Positions 18,601-27,334 of a DNA stretch of 64,000 bases are shown here, piece by piece; positions within the stretch are counted from its first letter, which is position 1, and each line of letters begins with the position of its first letter. Source of the stretch: Pseudohongiella sp. Lineage in GTDB: Bacteria > Pseudomonadota > Gammaproteobacteria > Pseudomonadales > Pseudohongiellaceae. Location: contig JAUSCD010000005.1 in assembly GCA_030651695.1 (NCBI GenBank), positions 122,915-186,914 on the forward strand, read 5' to 3'. Made by a program: the position numbers and the translations under genes. The notes below the pieces were generated by a model. That model ran no database searches and was not told the origin of the DNA. It saw only the letters and a list, made by a program, of their open reading frames with translations.

Positions 18601-21600
18601 CGGCGGTGGCTCTGCCAGTGGCACCGGCGCACTGACGGGAGGAAACGGCGGCTCGGGTATCGTAGTGTTGCGCTATACACTGCCGCAGTTTGAGATTGTG
18701 CATTCCACCAGTTATGGACTCTGCACATCGTCACAACCTCTGCAGATCACAATCCGCGACGGGCTTGGCAATCTGGTTCAGAATTACACTGGCACAGTAA
18801 CTGTCTCTAATAGCGGTAATCAGGGAAGCTACAGCATAGGCACCGGGCTGGGCACGCTGACGCCTGTCAGCGCTGGCGTGGCAACCTATACCTTCCATGA
18901 CAATGACAACGGTCAGGTCATACTGAATTTTGCCACCACTACGCCCGGCACAATCAGCTTTGACGTTAATGATAGCGTCAATGACATTGTGACCGATCCG
19001 GACTACAACCTGAGCATGCAGATCGGAAGCTGTGCTTTCCGGATTATTCACGACGAGGCGGGCAGTGTTTGTAGCCCTGAAGCAATTACCATTCAGGTTA
19101 TGGGTCCTGGCAATGTTCTGGTAACAAATTATCAAGGCACCATCAGTCTGAGTACGGCAGGTATTACCGGAGGCAACTGGAGTAAAACATCCACTCCCGC
19201 AAATGCCAACGGTACTCTCACGCAGGGAGCTCCCAATACAGGTGCCGCTACGTACGGATTTACCTTGGCCGATGGCGGAGATATCGTTCTGAATTTCAGA
19301 GGAACCCAGGCTGAGACCGTCAATTTTAATATCGTAGCCGCCAACGTTGCTCAGCCAGCGGGCATATACGACCCGGATCTGGTAATCGGCAATTGCCTGT
19401 TCCGGGTAACGCATAGCGGCAGTTCTGATGTCTGCTCAATAGAGCAGGTGACGATTACACTGGTTGATGCCAGCGGCAATACCGTCACCAACTATGAAGG
19501 AACTATCAACCTCAGCACTACCACCGGCTTTGGTACCTGGCAGGCAATAGGGCAGTCGGATGGTGTTTTGACTGATCCGGTAAGCGAGGACGGCAACGCC
19601 ACCTATGCTTTCCAAAGCAGTGATCTCGGAACAATCACGCTGGGATTCCGGCATATATCCAATACCGGGCCCGTCAATATCAATGTCAGCGATGGTCTTA
19701 CGTTGGATGCGCGTGATTCCGGCAGTATATATGACCAGAATATTGTTATTGCACTGTGTTCCTTTGAAATCAGCCACGGGCTGAACAGCAATGCCTGTTC
19801 AGCGACCGAAGTGACTTTCCGTGTACGCAACAGCGCCGGTGGTATTGCGGAAGACTACATTGGCACCATGCGAATATCCAACAACACCGGGCGCGGAGAT
19901 TGGCTGCTGACCGGCTCCGCGGCAGGTGTTCTGACTGAGCCCTCAGGCGTTGATACCGGTATAGCCGACTATGTGTTTTCGCCCGATGATGAAGGCGTTG
20001 TTGTGTTGCGTTTCTATAGTACTTTCCCGGCTGTAATCAACTTCGATACTGTTGACGGGCTCATCACCGAAAATGGGCTATTTGACCCTAATCTGTTCTA
20101 CAGCGGTTGTTTCCCGCAGATTAATGCTGGCCCTGTTTGTACGAATCCCGGCACATCAACCAGTATTGTAATACCCACCGAAAACGTGATTCCTGAGTTA
20201 CGCTCCCGTGTGGTGTTGATGGCGACCATGCAGATTGGTAACTCTGTTGATACCACAACTGCAACATTTAACGGGGTCAACATGACTCGTGTTGTGCGCA
20301 TGGAGAATGATGACCAGAGCCCGATAGTGACGACTGAAATATGGGCCATTCTGGACGACGCTCTGCCGAATGCCGGTGGTTCCTACACTGGTCAGTTCAA
20401 CGGCGGAGTAGGCTCGCCAGCGATATGCCTGCTGTCAGTAGACGGCGTCGAGCAAGCGATTCCGGTACCCACAGCTAACCCGCAGCTGGGTCCTGTAAAC
20501 AGTTCCAAATATACTGGCCCGGCAGTGGGAGGTTTTCATGAGGCCACGACTGTAGTCAGCACAGATAATAACAATGCTTTTATTTTTAGTGTTGTTGCCA
20601 ATGATCGGGGTTCGGATTTCAGTCTTGACCAGTACTACTGGCGTCAGCCGCAGCCCGCATCAACCATGATAGGTCTGTGGGGCGGGCGGGTGCCGGGGAG
20701 TCAGACTGAGCCCCCGTATCGCGAAGCGGTAACCCAGGCTAACGCTACCGGATCAAAGACTGCGGGTTCGGCCGGCGTGCTCAGTTCCGCCGGGATTCTG
20801 GAGGTTGTCGAGCCATTCCGTGTCGCAGGAATTATATTGCCGCCGACTATGAACGCCCATGTCGTGGCAGCGTTTAATCCTTTGGTAACCGGGCAGCCTC
20901 TGGCTGAGGACTATGTGCCTGTGTTGTTGTATGAGACATTCTCGGGCGCTCTGAGCTACAGGGCAATTGGCAATACCTTGCGCACACTGCCATCCCAGAC
21001 CAATCTGTCAGTGGATCCGTCAGTAGACTGCGCAATGGTCAACTTTGCCACCGGCACCACTTCCGCGCTGTCTATCCCGGCGGGTTCAACCATCACAGCT
21101 GCCTATCTCTATTGGTCGGGCTCAGGCACGCCCGCGCAGGCAGACTCCCAGGTTTCGTTCGGGCTGGACGGGAGTGAGGTCGCGGTAGTTGCTGACGAAG
21201 TTTTTCTGGCAACAGGCGTGACTGCAGTCAGCGCCGATTTTTTTGCGGCTTATGCGGAGGTGACTGAGCTTGTATCAGGTAACGGCACTTACAGACTCAA
21301 AGATCTGACTGTGCAGACCGGCAACCCGTGGAACACCAATGGCACTTGTGCCGGTGGCTGGTCGCTGATTGTTGTTTATGAGAATCAGGATGAACATCTG
21401 CGAGTCATCAATTTGTTCCATGGATTCCAGCCTTTCCAGTACTCGGCGTTTACTTTGGTGCCACGTAACTTTCGTATGGCAACCTTCGATCCAAATCTTT
21501 TGTTGCCTAACGGTCAAGTGACCCACGTGACCCTTGAGGGTGACGAACAGCTGGCGACAGGGAATGAGTCACTTGCGATTCAGCTGGAACCGGACTCGTT

Positions 21601-24600
21601 TCTTTTTGAGCCGCTGTATACCAGTTTTAACCCTGAGAACGGCGAATTCAACTCAACTATCACACGTCCGCTTTATTGGCTTGGTCCGTCAGGATACATC
21701 GAGTTTGTAGGTGAGTGGGACACTCCGCGTGATCCGCCGTGGACGGTGCCGCCGGTAGCGCCTGGTCAGGGTCTTAACGGCGACGGTTACGAGATCACAT
21801 TGCCCGGAGTCAATGCTGTGCAGGCAGGGCGAAACGGCAATCGCATTGGTGAGAGCTGGGGCTTTGACATTGATACACACTATCTGAGCCACACCCTGCT
21901 CGAGAGTTTTGCTCAGGAAGGCCAGGAAGCCGAACGCATAACAACACGTTACAGATCCGGGCAGGACATGGTTATTCTGCTGTCGGAAGTCATCAGTATT
22001 ACCAACTTTCCGATTGCTGATCTGGAAGTATTTATCTCCCAGAGTGGTACGTTTAAAGTCAACGGTACGGGTTCATATATTATTGATGTCAAAAACAACG
22101 GTAACGGCACATCAATTGGCGGTCAGGCGACCGGGATAGTGACGGTTGCAATGCGATTGCCATCGGGCATGACGTTTCTCAATGCTGCTGATGTCAGCGG
22201 AACCGGATGGGTTTGTAACGTAGAACTTGATCCGGGCGCACTCACGTGTGAGTACAATATTGCGGCGACACATGCAGGTGCTCAGTTGCAGCCGGGGAAC
22301 AATCTGCCACCTATTACTGCCAATGTAAAAATAGCATCTCCGATAATATTTACTCAGCAGTCAAATACCAGAAAGGCCAGTGTCCGTATGCTGCACAACG
22401 GCGGCAGTTGCGAAGTGACTCCGATCGGTTTTATACCGGACCCCAGGGAGTGCAACCGTTCCCCTCAGTTTGACAACGTTAATGATACACAAGGGGATAC
22501 TATTGATATTGACTCGCTGGTAGACAAGAGCAGCAGTAACAACAATGTTCATAGTATTACAACAACGGTCACCGGCATCACAACCAATCTGCGCATGCAG
22601 AAAGCCGTTTCCGGGTCGCTTGAAACCGGGCAGACCGGCCAGTATTTGCTGACAGTGACCAATCTTGGGCCGGACGCAACTACCGCGCCGTTTACTATTT
22701 CAGATAGTCAGCCGCCCGGTGTCGAGTTTACTGGTGCCGCCGGAACAAACTGGTCGTGCAGCACGATTACGCCCGTTCTCAACTGTACATTTAATGGCAC
22801 ATTAGCGTTAAACGCTTCTGCAGTTTTGACTCTGGGTGTTGATGTTGTGGGCAATGCCGGATTCAACGTCACCAACACTGTTCAGGTGACTGTCGGCACG
22901 GGTAACTTTGATCTGGTGCCTGCCAACAATGCGGCAACAGATATTACGACAATTATTGGCCCTCCGGTTGCCTCGCAGGAACGTTTCCTGTTGTCTGTTT
23001 CAACGCCCGGAAATGCAACAACAATCGGCGGATTGGGGCCTTTCCAGAATAACGACCTGGTTATCTATGATCCTTCAACGGACGAGGCTGTTATGTTCTT
23101 TGATGACAGCGCTACCAATGGCGGCAGAATAGACGACATTAATGCTGTGCATTTGCTAAAGAACGGACATCTGGTGATGTCGGCAAATGGCCCAAGTGTT
23201 ATCGGAACAAATAATCTGGCATTTGATCGCTGGGATCTTGTGCGACATGACCCTATTCTGGGGACAGCCAGTCTGTTCCTCGATGGTGAGGCAGTGTTCC
23301 AGAATTTTGAAGACATCAATATCAATGGTGTTTATGTTATGGATGATTGTCCGGCCAACAATAATAACGTCACCTGCAGTGTTGTTTTCACAACCACAAC
23401 GGGCGGAGTTGCCGGCAGTAATAATCTCTCGTTCACAGCGTCTGATCTTGTGATCTATTACCGTAGCGGACCCAATGCCGGTCAGGCAGCCATCTATCTG
23501 GACGGTAGCGACGAAGACGTATTCGGGGCTGTTGAAGGGTCAGGTAATGTAAATGTCGATGCCTTCTACCTGCGCGTCGATCCGGACGACCCCAAAGCTG
23601 TGCTGGACGTGTTTGTGCTGTCTGTGGATAACGACACTGCCATCATTGGTGAGGGTCTCGATCCTGATCCGTTCACAGGTACCATCTTCACGCGTGACGA
23701 CGTAACCGAATTGAATCTGGAAGACAGCACTGCCGGCAATCTTTTCCTTGGCGACGAAGAGCTCGGCGTATTCGAGCCCGGTGCTGCACAGCGCCGTATT
23801 GATGCTCTGCATCTTGTGGAAGACGGTTATATCGGTCATTTCAGCATCAGACAGGAGCAGGGCGGCAGCGTTTGCGAGGCAGGTGTAATCCGCATCAGTA
23901 AACACGACGGTCTGACACACAATCGGGATCTGGATTACTATGGCTCTGTGCGTATCAATACCAGCACAAACTATGGCACCTGGCAGTTGCAGTCGGGCAG
24001 TGGAGTGGTCACCAATAATGGCAATGGTGAAGCTGTATATACCTATGATTCTAGTGATCAGGGCACGGTTGTACTACGTTTGGTGCACGATCAGGTAGCC
24101 ACCGTCAATATCAGTGTGACGAATGGTATTGCCAGAGAGATTGGCAGCGAAGATCCGAATTTCAGTTACGACCCCTCGCTCACACAAATCACCTGGGGTG
24201 ATGCCTTCAGTACGTCATCGTTCTCCAACAATGACGGTAGCAGAAACTTTAGTGCCAATTGGGTTGAGTTGGATGCTGTGGATGGTACGGATAGCGGCGG
24301 CCTTGGCGCCGGGACCGGGAATATCCAGATTATCAGCGGCCGGTTGCGCATGTCTTCGAGTGTCGCGGCTGCCAACGCAAACAAGCAACCTTCTCTGTCG
24401 CGCGTATTTAATATCGCATCTGTACCGTTCTCACAGGATGTCATACTGAAACTGCGATACGGACACAGTGCCTTGGCTCCGACAGACTCTATGGTGGTCG
24501 AGGCGCGCGGCTCATCGGTTGACAACGATAGCTGGGTGCAGGTGTTCAATTTCACCGGTGCCAGTTACACGGCTGACCTGACAAATTCTTCCATTCCTGT

Positions 24601-27235
24601 TGAGTACAATCTGTCCACGATTCTGGCAGCGGCATCCCAGAGTTTTTCAGAGTCTTCTGAGATTCGATTCCGTGTCAACAGTGGTTACCAGCTCAGCAAT
24701 CGATTCTTTTTCATTGACGAAGTTTATATCGCGACCGCGACCGATCAGTGTGGTTTCGGTGGCGCCGGCTCACTGGATCACTATGCAATCTTCCATAGCG
24801 GATTCGGAATTTCCTGCGTGGGTTCGGCGATCACCATTGCTGCCCATGATGTCAACAATGGTCTGATTGATGCAGGTAGTGAAACTATCAACATCAGTAC
24901 CTCTCCCGCCAAGGGAACCTGGGCCCGGGTGCTTAGCGGTAGTGGCACTCTGACGCCAATTGGCAGCCAGTCAGACAATGGTTTGGCGCAATACGTATTT
25001 GCTCCGGGGGAGGAAGAAGTAACACTCTTGCTGAATTACACGGTGCCGGCGGGTGAATCTCTGCCTGTAAATATCAATGTACAGGGCGCTGTCAGTAATG
25101 CAGTTGAACTGGCTGGCGAAGACCCGGACCTTGTGATTGCCGAGGCCGGCCTGGTGTTTTTTAACGAAACGACACTGAACACCACCTACCCTGTCCAGAT
25201 CGCCGGAAAACCATCCAGCGTGGCACCGTTGAATAACCTGCTCACAATCCAGGGGGTGCGCAGCTCTGATAGTGATCCGCTGCAATGTGTGCCGTTGTTT
25301 GCTGATGGCCAGACCTTACAGATCGAGTTGGCGGCAGAGTGTATTGATGCTAACGAATGTGTAAACGGCGAAGCATTTTCAGTAACAACAAGCGCAAACA
25401 ATACACCGGTAAGCACGGATATTGCGCTGGTGGACAGCAATGGTGGCGTGGGCGCTTCTGCATATACACCGGTGACGATGGATTTTGTTACTCAGCCAAG
25501 CGGCGCGCCGGGTGCTACTGTGGTGCTCAACTATTCGGATGTGGGTCAGATGCAGTTGCATGGCCGGTACAATATCCCGTTTGGATTTTTTGGCGGCTCA
25601 TCCCCGGATGATCCATTGGCTGCGCCCGGGTACTCAGGCGATTTTATGATGGGCAGCAGCAATACTTTTGTAGTGCGGCCTTTTGGTTTCGCCATTGATT
25701 TCCCCGGAGACGTGGGGCTGGATCGTGCTGATAATTTCCCGCCTGCCAATTTTGAAGCTGGTGATTCATTTGCGGAAGATAGTGCTGGCACGATCTGGAA
25801 GATGGCGGGTGACGACTTTGACACCGTTGTCACGGCCATGGCGTGGCAGGCTGAGGATGATGCCAATAATGATGGCATGCCGGATGCAAACGCCAATCTG
25901 CACGATAACCGGCGTACGCCTAACTTTTTCTACGACTCTGCCGGCCAGGCAAACAATTACCGGGTAGAACTCAGTGTTGTGCAAAACCAGGCTGAATCGA
26001 TTTTTATCAGTGAAGCCGATCCGGAGTTTGGTGTGCGTGGAAATCTGACTGACTATATGCTCGATTTTGCTGACTTTGATAATTACGCTGTAGCCGGCAC
26101 CGGCTTTACCAATATGAGTTACAACGAAGTTGGCATCATCGACATCAGGGCGCAGATTCTCGATACCAACAACAATCCGACAACGTATCTGGGTACACAG
26201 GCTGTCACCGGCCGTGTCAATAATGTCGGGCGTTTTTATCCGGCCGTATTCACAGTTGATGGTGCCGTCACGCTGCTGCCCAGAGTTCAATCAAGCTGCA
26301 CCCCGCCCTCGTCGTTCACATATATGGGTGAGCCATTTGGTATTGCTCTGCAGTTAACCGCACGGAATCTTCAGGGTTCTCCGACGGTCAATTATCGCGG
26401 CGACTTCGCCAGGTTGGCGGCATACTCCGGGTTAAATATGCGTGCAATCGAGGAGATTGCAGCCGCCGACAATGTGGATCGCAGCAGCCGTCTGGAAAAT
26501 ATCTCGGTCCCGGTCAACCTGCAGTCGGTGTGGTCTGCATCTGACGGTGGTTTGTTGCAGGTTACCGGTTACCTTGCTTTTAACCGGGCAGATCCTGCTG
26601 ACCCTGACGGACCGTTTGATGAGCTGATTATTGCGTTCGACCCGACCGACAGTGATGGTGTGACTCTGAATCCCGCAGTGCTAAATGTGGAAATTGTTGA
26701 AGACACGCCGGAATTTTTTGAGCTTGCGCGCGAGACATTCCGTTATGGCCGTATCCTGATAAACAATGCCTATGGGCCGGAAACAGAAGACCTGGCAATC
26801 ACATTCCGTGTTCAGTACTTTGACGGTGAGCGTTTTGTGGTCAATACGGACGATTCCTGTACGGTGATCAATTCGAATGAGTTGAGCCTGTTGCCGGGCA
26901 CGGAAACAGGCTTACTCCAGCCGGCAGATACCGATATAGTGGCAGCCCAGACCAGCACCTTCCACAATGGCCAGATTCAAGGGGTGCAGGCAGCGATCAA
27001 CCCGACGGATGCTACGTTTACTGCAGAAGCTGCTGGCCTGGACAATGCCGGCACAATAGACATAGAACTGGATCTGAGCCCGGGCGGGCTGAATCTGCCA
27101 TGGCTGCAGTTCCGCTGGCCACATGAAGATCAGGATTACGACGAAAATCCAAGAGCGACCATAGAATTTGGTCAGTTCCGCAGCCATGATCGTGTGATCA
27201 ACTGGCAAGAGATTTATAACGGACCAACGCCCTGA
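15665..27235 (+). CDS. mshQ: Giant (3856 aa) MshQ-like pilus-associated adhesin
   Basis: Single open frame; Sec-type signal; C-terminus FRYGRILINNAYGPE..QYFDGERFVVNTDDSCT and PWLQFRW..DENPRATIEFGQFRSHDRVINWQE match the MshQ (DUF6701) C-terminus; last gene of the msh cluster. Confidence 0.88.
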   Translation: MKIRTNPTRSSPTPGNSFAGRLLRGFWHSAILAVSVLGAATMVSGQIPGPVALQGSGGTITTPGAGPAAGFVVHTFTGDGTFRAPTGVTEVEVLVVGGGGGGGSGAANSLGAGGGGGGGLMIERSVAVTPGQDIDVTIGTGGNGGNAGGRGAAGNPSIFVANQTVTAPGGGGGGGSLNITVDGSNVRNALSMVGGGSGGGGGSRDDGNNGGSGGTASSLPANSFANNGANGRGASNANTAQRAGGGGGGANANGSTSPSNGNGGAGGGARTSALFGGSYAGGGGGGGGSSGGSGGTNAGNGATGVNVPAAPANNFGGGGGGARNATGGQGGSGVVIVRYRAPALEISQQDVAPVANSGTAFSTPFQVRLVNGVGNGISGINVSATLEAGAGSLTNATVATDASGFATFTNLTITGTAGTYALRFTVAGANDSYVVSNNIQLLPACENTGQSDCQYTITEGGIDYVVEVYTTTGTSNFTPPLGVDSVEYLVVAGGGGGGAWRGGGGGAGGFRTGTLSVTPASSLTVTVGSGGAGAPAGTNNSRGSNGANSVFATIISNGGGGGGIGENSNNAGGAGGSGGGRGGAAATGTQTAGAGTGGQGNNGGVSFDDASAAPRSGGGGGGAGAAGGAASSAQGGNGGAGTTSAISGSSKPYAGGGGGSSDGGGSGTGGSGGGGSGNTSGNAQAGQVNTGGGGGGAGGGFQSTNQGGAGGSGIVIVRYEVPDICLIAGQGDCTYMITEGGVDYIVEVYTTTNTSSFTAPVGVERIEYLIVGGGGPGGTGTDRTSGGGGAGGLLTGNVNVASNVPLTVTVGAGGTNNTNGGNSVFNTLTAIGGGVGGRGSAPYVNGQAGGSGGGGQHNGASAAGAGTGGQGNAGGNGYDPGSVTFAAGGGGGASSAGGTATANQNNGNAGAGGAGLSSTIAGYLQYFAGGGGGAAQTDAPGYSAGVGGIGGGGAGGRAAVTGSQNSPGAAGTANTGGGGGGGSASGTGALTGGNGGSGIVVLRYTLPQFEIVHSTSYGLCTSSQPLQITIRDGLGNLVQNYTGTVTVSNSGNQGSYSIGTGLGTLTPVSAGVATYTFHDNDNGQVILNFATTTPGTISFDVNDSVNDIVTDPDYNLSMQIGSCAFRIIHDEAGSVCSPEAITIQVMGPGNVLVTNYQGTISLSTAGITGGNWSKTSTPANANGTLTQGAPNTGAATYGFTLADGGDIVLNFRGTQAETVNFNIVAANVAQPAGIYDPDLVIGNCLFRVTHSGSSDVCSIEQVTITLVDASGNTVTNYEGTINLSTTTGFGTWQAIGQSDGVLTDPVSEDGNATYAFQSSDLGTITLGFRHISNTGPVNINVSDGLTLDARDSGSIYDQNIVIALCSFEISHGLNSNACSATEVTFRVRNSAGGIAEDYIGTMRISNNTGRGDWLLTGSAAGVLTEPSGVDTGIADYVFSPDDEGVVVLRFYSTFPAVINFDTVDGLITENGLFDPNLFYSGCFPQINAGPVCTNPGTSTSIVIPTENVIPELRSRVVLMATMQIGNSVDTTTATFNGVNMTRVVRMENDDQSPIVTTEIWAILDDALPNAGGSYTGQFNGGVGSPAICLLSVDGVEQAIPVPTANPQLGPVNSSKYTGPAVGGFHEATTVVSTDNNNAFIFSVVANDRGSDFSLDQYYWRQPQPASTMIGLWGGRVPGSQTEPPYREAVTQANATGSKTAGSAGVLSSAGILEVVEPFRVAGIILPPTMNAHVVAAFNPLVTGQPLAEDYVPVLLYETFSGALSYRAIGNTLRTLPSQTNLSVDPSVDCAMVNFATGTTSALSIPAGSTITAAYLYWSGSGTPAQADSQVSFGLDGSEVAVVADEVFLATGVTAVSADFFAAYAEVTELVSGNGTYRLKDLTVQTGNPWNTNGTCAGGWSLIVVYENQDEHLRVINLFHGFQPFQYSAFTLVPRNFRMATFDPNLLLPNGQVTHVTLEGDEQLATGNESLAIQLEPDSFLFEPLYTSFNPENGEFNSTITRPLYWLGPSGYIEFVGEWDTPRDPPWTVPPVAPGQGLNGDGYEITLPGVNAVQAGRNGNRIGESWGFDIDTHYLSHTLLESFAQEGQEAERITTRYRSGQDMVILLSEVISITNFPIADLEVFISQSGTFKVNGTGSYIIDVKNNGNGTSIGGQATGIVTVAMRLPSGMTFLNAADVSGTGWVCNVELDPGALTCEYNIAATHAGAQLQPGNNLPPITANVKIASPIIFTQQSNTRKASVRMLHNGGSCEVTPIGFIPDPRECNRSPQFDNVNDTQGDTIDIDSLVDKSSSNNNVHSITTTVTGITTNLRMQKAVSGSLETGQTGQYLLTVTNLGPDATTAPFTISDSQPPGVEFTGAAGTNWSCSTITPVLNCTFNGTLALNASAVLTLGVDVVGNAGFNVTNTVQVTVGTGNFDLVPANNAATDITTIIGPPVASQERFLLSVSTPGNATTIGGLGPFQNNDLVIYDPSTDEAVMFFDDSATNGGRIDDINAVHLLKNGHLVMSANGPSVIGTNNLAFDRWDLVRHDPILGTASLFLDGEAVFQNFEDININGVYVMDDCPANNNNVTCSVVFTTTTGGVAGSNNLSFTASDLVIYYRSGPNAGQAAIYLDGSDEDVFGAVEGSGNVNVDAFYLRVDPDDPKAVLDVFVLSVDNDTAIIGEGLDPDPFTGTIFTRDDVTELNLEDSTAGNLFLGDEELGVFEPGAAQRRIDALHLVEDGYIGHFSIRQEQGGSVCEAGVIRISKHDGLTHNRDLDYYGSVRINTSTNYGTWQLQSGSGVVTNNGNGEAVYTYDSSDQGTVVLRLVHDQVATVNISVTNGIAREIGSEDPNFSYDPSLTQITWGDAFSTSSFSNNDGSRNFSANWVELDAVDGTDSGGLGAGTGNIQIISGRLRMSSSVAAANANKQPSLSRVFNIASVPFSQDVILKLRYGHSALAPTDSMVVEARGSSVDNDSWVQVFNFTGASYTADLTNSSIPVEYNLSTILAAASQSFSESSEIRFRVNSGYQLSNRFFFIDEVYIATATDQCGFGGAGSLDHYAIFHSGFGISCVGSAITIAAHDVNNGLIDAGSETINISTSPAKGTWARVLSGSGTLTPIGSQSDNGLAQYVFAPGEEEVTLLLNYTVPAGESLPVNINVQGAVSNAVELAGEDPDLVIAEAGLVFFNETTLNTTYPVQIAGKPSSVAPLNNLLTIQGVRSSDSDPLQCVPLFADGQTLQIELAAECIDANECVNGEAFSVTTSANNTPVSTDIALVDSNGGVGASAYTPVTMDFVTQPSGAPGATVVLNYSDVGQMQLHGRYNIPFGFFGGSSPDDPLAAPGYSGDFMMGSSNTFVVRPFGFAIDFPGDVGLDRADNFPPANFEAGDSFAEDSAGTIWKMAGDDFDTVVTAMAWQAEDDANNDGMPDANANLHDNRRTPNFFYDSAGQANNYRVELSVVQNQAESIFISEADPEFGVRGNLTDYMLDFADFDNYAVAGTGFTNMSYNEVGIIDIRAQILDTNNNPTTYLGTQAVTGRVNNVGRFYPAVFTVDGAVTLLPRVQSSCTPPSSFTYMGEPFGIALQLTARNLQGSPTVNYRGDFARLAAYSGLNMRAIEEIAAADNVDRSSRLENISVPVNLQSVWSASDGGLLQVTGYLAFNRADPADPDGPFDELIIAFDPTDSDGVTLNPAVLNVEIVEDTPEFFELARETFRYGRILINNAYGPETEDLAITFRVQYFDGERFVVNTDDSCTVINSNELSLLPGTETGLLQPADTDIVAAQTSTFHNGQIQGVQAAINPTDATFTAEAAGLDNAGTIDIELDLSPGGLNLPWLQFRWPHEDQDYDENPRATIEFGQFRSHDRVINWQEIYNGPTP

Positions 27236-27334
27236 GTTTGCAGTCCGGGGCGGTGAGCCGGACTTGAAATCCCTGTCACAGCACACCACTATTAACCCAC
27301 ACGGTTTGTAGTAAGGAACTGATCAGGAGTGACC

